A stretch of DNA of 64,000 nucleotides from Candidatus Heimdallarchaeota archaeon (GCA_018238155.1 JABCTZ010000019.1:131774-195773), one strand, 5' to 3'; counted from the stretch's first letter, positions 50,902 to 61,641 are shown. The notes: generated by a model from the sequence alone, not told the origin. Made by a program: numbers and translations.

Positions 50902-52775
50902 TAAATTTTGATTCAATGGTAAAGAAGGCAAAAACTTCTTGGAATTCATTACATAACCAAAAGAAACCGGTGATTTTTGCCGGTGCTGCATCTTGTGGAC
51001 GAGCTGCAGGTATTTTACCTGTCATTGACAAACTAAAGGAGCTATCCCAAAAAATTCCTCTCGATATTGTTGAAGTAGGTTGTATTGGTCCATGTTATTT
51101 AGAACCTATTATTGGAATCCAGAAAAAAGGTGAACCAACAATTCTCTATGCGAACGTTCAACCTGTTCAAGTACAAGAATTGGTTGAGAATTATCTAGTT
51201 AAGAATGATACTCAACCGGATAAAGCGATTGGTACAATTGGAGACGGGAAGATCAAAGGTATTGAATCATTTTGGAATCATCCGATGATTAAGGATCAAG
51301 TGCGAATAGTTTTGAAAAATTGTGGAATAATTGATCCAACAAGTATTGATCACTATTTAGCAATGGATGGGTATCAAGGATTAAAGAAAGCTTTTGCAAT
51401 AAAACCTGAGGAAGTCATTGAAAAAGTACAGGCTTCCGGATTAAGAGGGCGAGGGGGTGCAGGTTTTCCTACTGGCTTGAAATGGAAATTCACTCGAACA
51501 GAAAAGGAACCAAAAAAATATCTTATTTGTAATGCAGATGAAGGAGACCCTGGTGCATTTATGAATCGCTCTTTAATAGAAGGTGACCCCCACGCGGTTT
51601 TAGAAGGCATGGTGATTGGTGCTTATGCTATTGGAGCAAGTACCGGTTATATTTATTGTCGTGCTGAATATCCTTTAGCCATTGATCGTTTTGAGAGAGC
51701 TATCGCTGCTATGAAAAAACATGGCTTATTGGGTGAAAATATACTGAATAGCGGATTCTCATTTGACATCCAAATTAAGAAAGGAGCTGGTGCGTTCGTG
51801 TGTGGTGAAGAAACCGCATTGATGGCTTCTATAGAAGGTGAAAGAGGTATGCCAAGACAAAAACCACCCTTTCCATCCCAAGAAGGAGTCTGGGGCAAAC
51901 CAACAGTTATCAATAATGTGGAAACGTTAGGAACTATTCCAGCGATTTTACGTGAAGAGGTATCTTGGTATAGTAAATATGGAACCAAATTATCGAAAGG
52001 GACTAAAACATTCTCATTAGTTGGTAAAGTGAAACGCACTGGATTGATTGAGGTTCCACTTGGTACAACATTGCGTAAAGTGATTTTTGACATAGGAGGT
52101 GGAGTCAAAGAAGACAAAGGGTTCAAAGCAATTCAGGTAGGTGGTCCCTCGGGAGGAACAATCCCCTCTGCATTTATAGATGAAACACTTGATTATGAGG
52201 AATTAACTAAACTTGGAGCAATTATGGGCTCAGGTGGAATAGTCGTTATTGATGAGGAAACTTGTGTTGTTGATTTAGCAAAATATTTTCTACAATTCAT
52301 TCAAGCAGAATCTTGTGGGAAATGCGTTCCATGCCGTGTTGGTAATAAACAGCTGCTTGATTTATTAGTAAAAATCTCAAAAGGGCTGGGAAATATAGAT
52401 GATTTTGAATTGCTTGAAGAACTGGCTTTTACTATCTCACAAGGATCATTATGTGGCTTAGGAAAAACTGCACCAAACCCAGTTATCACTACTTTAACAT
52501 ATTTCAGAGATGAGTACAAAGCACATGTAATAGATAAAGTATGCCCTGCGAAAGTTTGCAAAGAATTATTTCTGTACCAGGTAGATGCTGAGACGTGTAT
52601 TGGATGTGAGATCTGTAGGAAAAGATGCCCTGTGGGTGCTATTACCGGGGAAAAGAAACAACCTCATGTAATAGATTTTGAAAAATGCATTAAATGTGAT
52701 GTGTGTTCAACGAATTGTCCCGCAAAAGCAATTCGGAAAATAGACAAGGTGAGTGTTAAAATTGTTAGTAATTAA
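50898..52775 (+). CDS. NuoF/HydB-like FMN/NADH-binding bifurcating subunit
   Basis: N-terminal thioredoxin-like 2Fe-2S domain, GLRGRGGAGFPTG, NADEGDPG, CGEETAL, ESCGKCVPCR, C-terminal 2x[4Fe-4S]. Confidence 0.95.
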   Translation: MINFDSMVKKAKTSWNSLHNQKKPVIFAGAASCGRAAGILPVIDKLKELSQKIPLDIVEVGCIGPCYLEPIIGIQKKGEPTILYANVQPVQVQELVENYLVKNDTQPDKAIGTIGDGKIKGIESFWNHPMIKDQVRIVLKNCGIIDPTSIDHYLAMDGYQGLKKAFAIKPEEVIEKVQASGLRGRGGAGFPTGLKWKFTRTEKEPKKYLICNADEGDPGAFMNRSLIEGDPHAVLEGMVIGAYAIGASTGYIYCRAEYPLAIDRFERAIAAMKKHGLLGENILNSGFSFDIQIKKGAGAFVCGEETALMASIEGERGMPRQKPPFPSQEGVWGKPTVINNVETLGTIPAILREEVSWYSKYGTKLSKGTKTFSLVGKVKRTGLIEVPLGTTLRKVIFDIGGGVKEDKGFKAIQVGGPSGGTIPSAFIDETLDYEELTKLGAIMGSGGIVVIDEETCVVDLAKYFLQFIQAESCGKCVPCRVGNKQLLDLLVKISKGLGNIDDFELLEELAFTISQGSLCGLGKTAPNPVITTLTYFRDEYKAHVIDKVCPAKVCKELFLYQVDAETCIGCEICRKRCPVGAITGEKKQPHVIDFEKCIKCDVCSTNCPAKAIRKIDKVSVKIVSN

Positions 52776-54330
52776 TGGCAATCAAATTCCCTATGAAAAT
52801 GGTAAGACAATATTAGAAATCGCTCGAGAGAATGATATCTATATTCCAACACTCTGTGCTCATGAAAGGTTGCCTTCTTTTGGTGCATGCCGTATGTGTA
52901 TGGTAAAAGTACACGGAAATAACGGGTTCATGAATGCATGCACAACCAAAGTAAAAGAGGGAATGGTAATAACAACAGACAATCTTGAAATTAAGCGATT
53001 GCGACGTTCAATCTTTGAACTTATTTTATCTGAACATCCAAGTAGCTGTATGATGTGTGCACAAGCAGAACATTGTGATAAGTTCAATTCGGGTATTATG
53101 AAAGCAGGAGTAATAACCGGTTGTAATACCTGCCCAAATAAAGAGATGTGTGAACTAAGGAAAATTGCTGAAGTGTTGAACTTTAAAACAATACGGTTTC
53201 CAATGTTTTACAAGCATTTACCAATAGAACGAAATGATCCATTTTTTGACCGCGATTATAACCTTTGTATTCACTGTGGGCGGTGCGTAAGAGTTTGCCA
53301 AGATGTAGAGGGTGCATCGATATTGGTATTTACCCAAAGAGGACATGATACTAAGGTTGGCACTTCTTTTGAAAAACCACATATAGAAACAGATTGCAAG
53401 TTTTGTGGACAATGTGTTGATGTATGCCCAACTGGTGCATTATCCGCTAGAAATCAGAAATGGTATGAGAATGCTGAGAAACAAGTGAGTACAACTTGCA
53501 TGTTGTGTGATAATGGTTGTCGATTTCAAATTGATGTTAAATGGGGAAGAATGGTTGCAATGAGACCTGATCCTGACTACAAAACTCTTGAGACGGGAAT
53601 ATGTGTCAAAGGAAGATTTTGTTTACCGGTTCTGCTAAATAACATGGACCGTTTAAGGTTCCCAAGAGTACGACGGAATTTCAAGTTATATCCAACAAAT
53701 TGGGCCGAGGCAGCTTCTAAGGTTGCTGAGATATTGGAAAATTTTTCTCCAAGTAAAATTGCATTATATATTACTCCATTTCTCATAGATGAAGCTGACT
53801 ATCTGTTTGCGAAGTTTGCTAAGGATTTGGAAATTACAAATATCTTTCGAAGTAAAGAGGACTTAAGTAAAATAAACAAGAAAGGAATAAAAGTTCTCTA
53901 TACAACAGAAGGATTGCCAAATCTTGACAAATTTAAAACATTGGAGAAAATCATCTTACAAGAAGTTTTTTCTGCAGATGGATATGATTTTGCTGACGTA
54001 ATTTTACCTGCAGCAGCATTCACAGAAGAAACGGGAACAATAACTACTTCTCATGGAACAATGGCTGTTGAAAAAGTGGTGAAAGCCCCTGACCTAGCTT
54101 TAGAAGATTGGAAGATCGTAGCAAAAATAGCTCAAGAATTAGACCTTTCAGGATTCAATTTCCTTGAAACAAAGGAGATACAAGGAGAAATGAAACGCCT
54201 TGGAATTAAGGGAAAAAATCGGGGCATTGAAGAACATTATCTGAAATACCGCGGAACAGCAATTGCAGATAAAGTGCCTGATTTCAAAATCTTGATTGAT
54301 GCTCGAAAAGATCGAGACAAATTATGGTGA
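52753..54330 (+). CDS. NuoG/HydA-like Fe-S subunit with a truncated molybdopterin-family domain (no H-cluster)
   Basis: IPTLC..GACRMC, HPSSC, CIHCGRCVRVC, CKFCGQCVDVCP, CMLCDNGC...CVKGRF, ADVILPAA. Confidence 0.88.
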   Translation: MLKLLVINGNQIPYENGKTILEIARENDIYIPTLCAHERLPSFGACRMCMVKVHGNNGFMNACTTKVKEGMVITTDNLEIKRLRRSIFELILSEHPSSCMMCAQAEHCDKFNSGIMKAGVITGCNTCPNKEMCELRKIAEVLNFKTIRFPMFYKHLPIERNDPFFDRDYNLCIHCGRCVRVCQDVEGASILVFTQRGHDTKVGTSFEKPHIETDCKFCGQCVDVCPTGALSARNQKWYENAEKQVSTTCMLCDNGCRFQIDVKWGRMVAMRPDPDYKTLETGICVKGRFCLPVLLNNMDRLRFPRVRRNFKLYPTNWAEAASKVAEILENFSPSKIALYITPFLIDEADYLFAKFAKDLEITNIFRSKEDLSKINKKGIKVLYTTEGLPNLDKFKTLEKIILQEVFSADGYDFADVILPAAAFTEETGTITTSHGTMAVEKVVKAPDLALEDWKIVAKIAQELDLSGFNFLETKEIQGEMKRLGIKGKNRGIEEHYLKYRGTAIADKVPDFKILIDARKDRDKLW

Positions 54331-54335
54331 TGTAA

Positions 54336-55193
54336 ATGTACGAAATTGTAGAAAAATACGAAGAAGTTCCAAATGTTCATCGTTTAGTGATACGAGAACC
54401 AAATATTGCCACAAAAGCACAACCAGGACAATTTGCTATTCTTATGGCGGACGAACAAAGTGAACGTGTTCCTATTTCAATAGTTGACACCAAAGATGAT
54501 ACATTTACAATGTTTATTCTCGAGCTAGGAGTTTCATCCGCAAAAATCGTCAATATGAAGCAAGGAGACAGATTAGAAGCTGTTACCGGACCTCTCGGAA
54601 TGCCCGCAACTTTAGGTAAATATGGTCGGGTTGTTCTTGGAGGGGGTTGCTATGGCATAGGAGCTATTTATCCACTTGCAAAAGCTTTGAAAGAGCAAGG
54701 AAATGAAGTTGTGACGATAATAGAAGCACGAAGTGATTATCTACTGTATTTCCAAGAAGAGTTGAAAGCGGTTTCGGATGAATTTTTTGTAGCAACTTCT
54801 GATGGAACAGAAGGCACAAATGGACACGTACAGGATGTTTTAGTAAAGCTAATCCGCGATGGAGAAAGATTTGACCATGCAAAATTCATCGGATGTACGT
54901 ATATGATGATGAACTGTTCGCATATCACATCACCATATAGAATTCCGACAAAAGTAGCATTGAATACAATAATGTTGGATGGCACGGGTATGTGTGGTTG
55001 TTGTCGAGTTTCTGTTGAAGGTGTGACGAAATTCGCATGTGTAGATGGTCCTGAATTTGATGGACATCAAGTTAATTGGGATGAATTAATGAAACGAAAA
55101 TCTTCCTATCTTATGGAGGAAATGCTTGCTTATCAAACAGCACCACATACTTGCAAAGCATTAGAAAAAGCTTATTCTGGTGATTTAAAATGA
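54336..55193 (+). CDS. NfnA/SudB-like FAD/[2Fe-2S] subunit
   Basis: AQPGQF, ERVPIS, GPLG, DGTGMCGCCRV, ACVDGPEF. Confidence 0.92.
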   Translation: MYEIVEKYEEVPNVHRLVIREPNIATKAQPGQFAILMADEQSERVPISIVDTKDDTFTMFILELGVSSAKIVNMKQGDRLEAVTGPLGMPATLGKYGRVVLGGGCYGIGAIYPLAKALKEQGNEVVTIIEARSDYLLYFQEELKAVSDEFFVATSDGTEGTNGHVQDVLVKLIRDGERFDHAKFIGCTYMMMNCSHITSPYRIPTKVALNTIMLDGTGMCGCCRVSVEGVTKFACVDGPEFDGHQVNWDELMKRKSSYLMEEMLAYQTAPHTCKALEKAYSGDLK

Positions 55194-56683
55194 GTAAGAA
55201 GAAGTCTCCCTCTCCTAAAAAAAATAATGCAAAGCAATTACATAAAGAGAAACATAGTGATAAATCCAAACGTCCTCCTAGACCACCACGTACAAAAATG
55301 CCAGAACAACCCCCCGAAATTAGAATAAGAAATTTTGTTGAGGTTCCTTATGGTTTATCCCCTGAAGAAGCACAACTTGAGGCTTCTAGATGTATACAAT
55401 GCAAACGACCGAAATGTGTTGAAGGTTGTCCTGTAAGTGTTCAAATACCCGAATTTATTGCTCTTATAAAAGACGGGCATTTTGCTGAAGCTGCTTGCAA
55501 GATAAAAGAAACAAACGTTTTGCCTGCTGTTTGTGGTAGAGTTTGTCCTCAAGAAACACAATGCGAAGAAACATGTATTTTAGGGCGTCGTGGAGAACCC
55601 GTCGCAATCGGTTATTTGGAAAGATTTTGTGCAGATTATGAAAGATTGGATGGGCATGTTAAACTCCCCAAGAAGAAGAAATCAAATGATATGAAAGTGG
55701 CAATTATCGGTTCTGGTCCTGCAGGTTTGACTGTTGCCGGTGATCTCGCATTACTCGGATACAAATTAACGATTTTTGAAGCATTTCATAAAGGTGGTGG
55801 AGTACTGGTTTATGGAATACCTGAGTTTAGGTTGCCAAAGGAAATTGTTGAAACAGAAATAAACTATCTGGAACGTCTTGGTGTAGAAATTAAATACAAT
55901 CACGTTATTGGTATGTGTAAATCATTGAATGAACTCATGAGAAAAGATGGTTTTGATGCAGTTTTCATTGGTGTTGGTGCCGGATTGCCGCGATTTATGA
56001 ATATTCCTGGAGAGAATCTTAATGGTGTGTATTCAGCAAATGAATACCTTACTCGATCGAATTTAATGAAAGCATATCTTTTTCCCACATTCAATACACC
56101 TATCATGAAAGGAAGAAAAGTAACAGTGGTTGGAGGTGGAAATGTTGCTATGGATTGTGCTCGCACAGCACTTAGGCTTGGTTCGGATAAAGTAATGTTG
56201 GTCTATCGAAGAGCGAAAGAACAAATGCCCGCAAGAGCTGAAGAAGTGCATCATGCAGGAGATGAAGGTGTCGATTTTAGATTATTATCAAATCCAGTAG
56301 AAATTTTCGGTGATGATTCTGGGGCAGTTCAACGAATCAAATGCCAGAAATACATGTTGGGTGAACCTGATGATTCGGGTAGACGAAGACCCTTGCCTAT
56401 TGAAGGAGAATACTTTGAACTTGAAACTGATTTGATAATCATTGCAATTGGTAATAACGCAAATCCGCTAATAAAAGCAACAACTCCTGATATTGAAACA
56501 AATAAATGGGGCAATATTATTGTAGATGAATTTGGTCGTACAAACAAAAAATTCGTCTATGCTGCTGGAGATATTGTCACAGGTGGCGCAACTGTCATCT
56601 CAGCAATGGGTGGTGGGAGAAAAGCAGCAACAGGTATACATAGAGACCTAATGGGAATAAAAGATGAGGTCGTCAAAGATTGA
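55190..56683 (+). CDS. NfnB/SudA (GltD-like) NADPH-dependent subunit
   Basis: RCIQC..CVEGCPV, CGRVCPQE, GSGPAG, YGIPEFRLP, GGGNVAMD, AGDIVTG. Confidence 0.93.
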   Translation: MSKKKSPSPKKNNAKQLHKEKHSDKSKRPPRPPRTKMPEQPPEIRIRNFVEVPYGLSPEEAQLEASRCIQCKRPKCVEGCPVSVQIPEFIALIKDGHFAEAACKIKETNVLPAVCGRVCPQETQCEETCILGRRGEPVAIGYLERFCADYERLDGHVKLPKKKKSNDMKVAIIGSGPAGLTVAGDLALLGYKLTIFEAFHKGGGVLVYGIPEFRLPKEIVETEINYLERLGVEIKYNHVIGMCKSLNELMRKDGFDAVFIGVGAGLPRFMNIPGENLNGVYSANEYLTRSNLMKAYLFPTFNTPIMKGRKVTVVGGGNVAMDCARTALRLGSDKVMLVYRRAKEQMPARAEEVHHAGDEGVDFRLLSNPVEIFGDDSGAVQRIKCQKYMLGEPDDSGRRRPLPIEGEYFELETDLIIIAIGNNANPLIKATTPDIETNKWGNIIVDEFGRTNKKFVYAAGDIVTGGATVISAMGGGRKAATGIHRDLMGIKDEVVKD

Positions 56684-56960
56684 TCATTGATACAAAACGC
56701 TCTTGCAATTGATTTTTTCTGCTATCTCTAGTTAATCCATTTTTGAGTAGTTAATAATGTTTGAATAAATTAAAGCTTACATGATAATAATTTGTTATTG
56801 AACGCTTAAACCAATTGAATCGCTATTTATTTAGGCACATACATATTATTTTTATAGTATAATCGTGAAGATTATTTGAATTGAAAATCTCTAAATCTCT
56901 CTCAAAAAAAGGTCCATGTCTGGAGATTTGTTTTATTAAATTTAGAGGGGATTAAAAAAT

Positions 56961-57821
56961 ATGTACAACCTTATAGCATTAAAAATAAATTGCCCGCACT
57001 GTGAAAAATCCCTAATGGATACTCAAACATTAATTGATAATATGCCTGGAGTAAAATTAAATGTTTCCTTTGATGACCAACATGGTGTGATTCATCTAAG
57101 CTCTATTTATGGCAGCTACAATTATACTGCGAACATCAAAATTCCCTTAGGCAAAGAAGTTACTTTCTCTTGCCCTCACTGCAAAGATTCTATTGTTTCA
57201 GAATTAAAATGCGATGAATGTCAAGCTCACATGGTTCCTTTGAAGATCAAAGATAATGGTCTTGTTAGGATATGTTCTCGTGCTGGATGCAAAAAACATA
57301 ATGTGGAATTCGAAGAATTGTCTCGTGCTCTAGAGCACTTTTACAAAAATTTCGATTATGGCGATGCAAGTAGAATAAAGAGGTCAATAACAGAAATTTC
57401 TGAGAAACCAATTGATGATAAGGAAATAGTAAAATCAGGTACCTTCCTTAGAACCTATTGTCCTCATTGTGAAGAAAGTCTCTATAGAAACAGAGCAATT
57501 GAATTTAAGATAACAGGTAAGGATGGAGAAGAAGGTATCCTACAACTAAGCCCCTTTCTCAATGTTTTTACAAACGAATCAACTTTTTACATCCCCGAGG
57601 GAGAGCCCGTAAATAATGTTAGGTGCCCACATTGTAATGGAGACCTTTTGCGAAAAGGTGAGGATTGTCCGGAATGTGGAGAACCAATTATAGGAATATC
57701 TGTAGCAGCCCTGTCAAAAATAATTGATTTCTATTTCTGTTCAAAGAAAGGATGTCATTGGCATGGGATGAGTAAGGAAGATATAGACGATATAATCATT
57801 GAAGATAGTAGTGAGTGGTAA
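56961..57821 (+). CDS. Uncharacterised protein with two tandem Cys/His-rich (CPHC) domains
   Basis: Colinear paralogue of 49437-50285 (shared SGTFLR.YCPHC, GC.WH, ED...W end). Confidence 0.8.
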   Translation: MYNLIALKINCPHCEKSLMDTQTLIDNMPGVKLNVSFDDQHGVIHLSSIYGSYNYTANIKIPLGKEVTFSCPHCKDSIVSELKCDECQAHMVPLKIKDNGLVRICSRAGCKKHNVEFEELSRALEHFYKNFDYGDASRIKRSITEISEKPIDDKEIVKSGTFLRTYCPHCEESLYRNRAIEFKITGKDGEEGILQLSPFLNVFTNESTFYIPEGEPVNNVRCPHCNGDLLRKGEDCPECGEPIIGISVAALSKIIDFYFCSKKGCHWHGMSKEDIDDIIIEDSSEW

Positions 57822-57824
57822 AAC

Positions 57825-58652
57825 ATGCATCAAATAATTCGTAAAAAAGAAATGGCCAAAGGTACAATTGTACAATTTGACGTTCGCGCTCCACAAATTG
57901 CTAAAAAAGCTAAACCAGGTCAATTTGTGATTGTAAGACTAACAGAAACAGGTGAAAGAATTCCCCTAACAATTGCAGATTTGGATAGCTTTGAAGGATA
58001 TATAACACTCATTTTTCAAGTAGTTGGAAAAACAACTGCAATAATGAGAACCCTAAATGAAGGTGACGCAATAAAGGATCTTGTAGGTCCACTAGGAAAA
58101 CCTGCTGATATACAAAAACTTGGTACAGTAATTATGGTTGGAGGTGGAACTGGAGTTGCAATATTGTATCACATTGCAAAAGCATTCAAAGCAGCGGGTA
58201 ATACTGTGATTAGCATTATTGGTGCTCGAGACAAAGACTTGTTAATTCTTGAGGATGAAATGAGAACAATTTCTGATGAGCTGGTGATAACTACTGATGA
58301 TGGAGGCTATGGACAACTTGGTTTTGTTACTGAGCCATTACAAAGATATCTAGATGAACGATATGATATTAAGGAAGTTTATGCAATTGGACCAATTCCA
58401 ATGATGAAATTCGTTTGCAAATTGACAAAGAAATATAATGTGCCAACAATGGTCAGCCTCAATCCTGTAATGATTGATGGAACTGGTATGTGTGGTGGTT
58501 GTCGTGTCAATGTTGGCAATGAAACTAAATTCTGCTGTGTTGATGGTCCTGATTTCAATGGTCATGAAGTTGACTTTGACGAGCTAACCAAGCGCAATTC
58601 TATGTATCTTAAGGAAGAAAAAGATGCACTATTATTTTCCATAAGAGGTTAA
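57825..58652 (+). CDS. NfnA/SudB-like subunit (second copy)
   Basis: AKPGQF, GERIPLTIAD, GGGTG, DGTGMCGGCRV, CVDGPDF. Confidence 0.93.
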   Translation: MHQIIRKKEMAKGTIVQFDVRAPQIAKKAKPGQFVIVRLTETGERIPLTIADLDSFEGYITLIFQVVGKTTAIMRTLNEGDAIKDLVGPLGKPADIQKLGTVIMVGGGTGVAILYHIAKAFKAAGNTVISIIGARDKDLLILEDEMRTISDELVITTDDGGYGQLGFVTEPLQRYLDERYDIKEVYAIGPIPMMKFVCKLTKKYNVPTMVSLNPVMIDGTGMCGGCRVNVGNETKFCCVDGPDFNGHEVDFDELTKRNSMYLKEEKDALLFSIRG

Positions 58653-58656
58653 ACGA

Positions 58657-60528
58657 ATGCTTGATTATAATATTAAATACCTTAAATTTAAAACCTACTT
58701 GAATATCTACTGCCCTCACTGTCGTAACAGTTTCAACAAGAAAGAAAAAGAAATGGACACTCTCAAATTCATCGGTGTCTATAAGGGTGAAGATTTTGAT
58801 TTAACTTTAAGTCCTTATCTCGACGTTTTTGAGGCTAACGCTTCCATTCCTATGAAGGACGGAATGATTCTTGATGACTGCAAATGTCCTCATTGCAAAA
58901 AAAGTCTCCTGATTTCCGAAAAGGTCTGTGGAGAATGTGGTTCTTCTGTGGGTGAAGTTATTATCAGTGCATTTTCAAAGCTAATTCCTTTCTTTGTTTG
59001 TTTTAAATATGGTTGTGAATGGCATGGTTTAACTAAAGCAGATGAACGAAGAATCAAGCTTAAAATTCCTAGACAAGAAATGCCTGAACAAGACCAAGTG
59101 CTCCGAATTCACAATTTCAATGAGGTTCCCTATGGCTTAACTACTGAATTGGCTTTATTAGAGGCAGGTCGATGCTTACAATGCAAACGACCAAAATGTG
59201 TCGAAGGTTGTCCAGTAAATATTAACATCCCTGAATTCATTCGCTTAATTGCTGAAGAGAAAATTGAAGATGCAGTCATGAAAATTAAAGAAAGAAATCT
59301 TTTTCCAGCGATTTGTGGTCGAGTCTGTCCTCAAGAGAGTCAATGTGAAGCACTTTGTATTTTAGGGAAGCGAGGTCAACCTGTTGCTATTGGTCATCTT
59401 GAGAGATTTATTGCTGATTATGAACGCCGTATGGATTTCAGAAAATTACCCGTAATTGAAAAGAAAAACAATAAACGAGTTGCAGTTGTTGGTTCGGGAC
59501 CTGCGGGTTTGACTGTAGCTGCAGATCTTATACAGTTGGGTTACAGTATAACTATTTATGAAGCACTTCACGAACCTGGCGGGGTACTTGTTTATGGTAT
59601 TCCTGAATTTCGTTTGCCAAAGTCAATTGTTCATTACGAAATTGAGTTCTTAAAGAACCTTGGATGTCGTATTGAAACAAATCATGTGATTGGTTATATC
59701 TATAGCATTGCTGAATTACTTGAAAATTATGATGCAGTCTTTTTAGGTGTCGGTGCAGGTTTACCTCGTTTTATGAACATTACAGGTGAAAGTCTATGTA
59801 ATGTGTTTTCAGCCAATGAATATCTTACTCGAATGAATCTTATGAAGGCATACAAATTTCCCGAATATGATACTCCAATGCCAGAAGGTAATGATATTGT
59901 TGTCATTGGTGGTGGAAATGTAGCAATGGATTGTGCTAGAAATGCAAAACGAACTGGAGCAAAAAATGTTACCATTGTTTATCGTCGTTCAAGAAAGGAA
60001 TTACCCGCAAGGCATGAAGAAATTCGTCATGCAGAAGAGGAAGGCATTAATTTCAAGTTACTAACTAATCCCGTTAGATTTATCGGTGACGATCGAAATT
60101 GGTTGAAAGGTATAGAATGCGTTTTGATGGAACTAGGTGAACCCGATGATTCAGGACGAAGAAGACCTATCCCAATTGAGAATTCAAACTTAACTATTCC
60201 CTGTGATGTAGCAATTGTTGCTATAGGTAATAGACCAAATCCTATTCTCTTCAACACTACACCCGCTCTACAAGGTAATAGGTGGGGTTGTATCGAAGTA
60301 AATCCTGAAACAATGGAAACTTCGATTGAATACGTTTATGCTGGAGGAGATATTGTTACTGGAGCCGCAACAGTAATCTCTGCAATGGGTCAAGGGCGTA
60401 TCGCAGCAAATGCAATGCATAAGAAATTATCGAGACCAAAGAAGAAATCAAAACCCGAAAAAGCTGAAGTTGCCACTCCAAAACCCAAGGCAAAAGCTAA
60501 ATCTACGTCAACCCGAAAGAAAGCTTAA
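58657..60528 (+). CDS. NfnB/SudA (GltD-like) subunit with an N-terminal Cys/His-rich CPHC domain
   Basis: aa 1-130 carry YCPHC..LSPYL..CPHC..CGEC..CFKYGCEWH; the rest is a complete NfnB-like protein. Confidence 0.92.
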   Translation: MLDYNIKYLKFKTYLNIYCPHCRNSFNKKEKEMDTLKFIGVYKGEDFDLTLSPYLDVFEANASIPMKDGMILDDCKCPHCKKSLLISEKVCGECGSSVGEVIISAFSKLIPFFVCFKYGCEWHGLTKADERRIKLKIPRQEMPEQDQVLRIHNFNEVPYGLTTELALLEAGRCLQCKRPKCVEGCPVNINIPEFIRLIAEEKIEDAVMKIKERNLFPAICGRVCPQESQCEALCILGKRGQPVAIGHLERFIADYERRMDFRKLPVIEKKNNKRVAVVGSGPAGLTVAADLIQLGYSITIYEALHEPGGVLVYGIPEFRLPKSIVHYEIEFLKNLGCRIETNHVIGYIYSIAELLENYDAVFLGVGAGLPRFMNITGESLCNVFSANEYLTRMNLMKAYKFPEYDTPMPEGNDIVVIGGGNVAMDCARNAKRTGAKNVTIVYRRSRKELPARHEEIRHAEEEGINFKLLTNPVRFIGDDRNWLKGIECVLMELGEPDDSGRRRPIPIENSNLTIPCDVAIVAIGNRPNPILFNTTPALQGNRWGCIEVNPETMETSIEYVYAGGDIVTGAATVISAMGQGRIAANAMHKKLSRPKKKSKPEKAEVATPKPKAKAKSTSTRKKA

Positions 60529-60580
60529 CAATTAAAAATAAAATCCACTGACTGATACATCATTAGTGAATACGAAGTGA

Positions 60581-60614
60581 GCGTTAGAATATCTAACGCC
60601 TGATTCTTTTTTTA
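60581..60614 (+). terminator. Hairpin plus T-tract after the nfn cluster
   Basis: GCGTTAGA-ATA-TCTAACGC followed by CTGATTCTTTTTTT. Confidence 0.5.
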
Positions 60615-60695
60615 CATATTGTTGGAAGTTAATTCTTGCATCCTTGCATTTCTTCACTCGAAATACATAAGAACTAATTTTTCACATTACTAATT

Positions 60696-61217
60696 ATGAC
60701 TCGATTGTATTTTTTCTTTTGCGAGAATTGTAATAAACTGACACCCATTTTTGAATGTCAAATGGGTTGGATAGATCAAACAGGTAAGGTAGGACATCGT
60801 TTGACATTTGAAGGAGAACCCGATGGTGAATATACTGGTAAATGGGAAACAGTCATTATACATGATACAATGTGTATAAAATGCAATTTAGAATATAGAA
60901 TTATTATAGGAGATTTCTCTTGCAAGCTAAAAGAACAAGCAATAGATAATCAGAATGCCAATTTATATGTACAAATGAAAGATTTTGAGTACGAAGATGG
61001 AGAAATAGAGGGACACAAAGTTTACAATATAAGTAATACTTGCTTGAAATGTCAAGGGGAATTACTAACTGGATCACAATTAGTAGAAAGAGCATTGCTA
61101 AAGAAAGAGAGTAGAATTGCGGGATTAAAACCAGAGGATACAAAAGATAGGATAATGAAATGTCCAAAGTGTCGAAAGGCTGATTTCGAATTCGACCATG
61201 CTATTAGATATCATTGA
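60696..61217 (+). CDS. Hypothetical Zn-ribbon protein
   Basis: Four CxxC pairs (CENC, CIKC, CLKC, CPKC). Confidence 0.7.
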   Translation: MTRLYFFFCENCNKLTPIFECQMGWIDQTGKVGHRLTFEGEPDGEYTGKWETVIIHDTMCIKCNLEYRIIIGDFSCKLKEQAIDNQNANLYVQMKDFEYEDGEIEGHKVYNISNTCLKCQGELLTGSQLVERALLKKESRIAGLKPEDTKDRIMKCPKCRKADFEFDHAIRYH

Positions 61218-61350
61218 AAAATTCACACAATTTGTTCTGGTATTTGCTCATATTATTCTCTTTCTATTTACACAAAGTTTTTCATATTCATTCTATTCCT
61301 ATTTGTTAGAATATCAATTAGTAGGGAAAAATAGTATTTAGGAAATTGAA

Positions 61351-61641
61351 ATGATGAAAGATAAAATTTTCACAATTAGTGGCAGAAATATCAATTCCAT
61401 AGAAGAATTTCATGACGAAGTTCAAAACGTTCTTTGTCCAAAATTTTCTGGATACGGTCGGAATTGGAACGCGTTTAATGATATTTTGCGCGGTGGGTTT
61501 GGTCCCTTTGAACTTGATGAAAAGATTATCATCGTTTTCAAAAATAAACGTAATGTGAGAAAGCGCTTAGGTGAAAACTTTCTAGTTAAACTCACTAAAT
61601 TAGTTGAGAAACATGATAATGTAGAGTTACTATTCGAATGA
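61351..61641 (+). CDS. Barstar-family protein
   Basis: ISGRNINSIEEFH, YGRNWNAFNDILRGGFG. Confidence 0.88.
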   Translation: MMKDKIFTISGRNINSIEEFHDEVQNVLCPKFSGYGRNWNAFNDILRGGFGPFELDEKIIIVFKNKRNVRKRLGENFLVKLTKLVEKHDNVELLFE

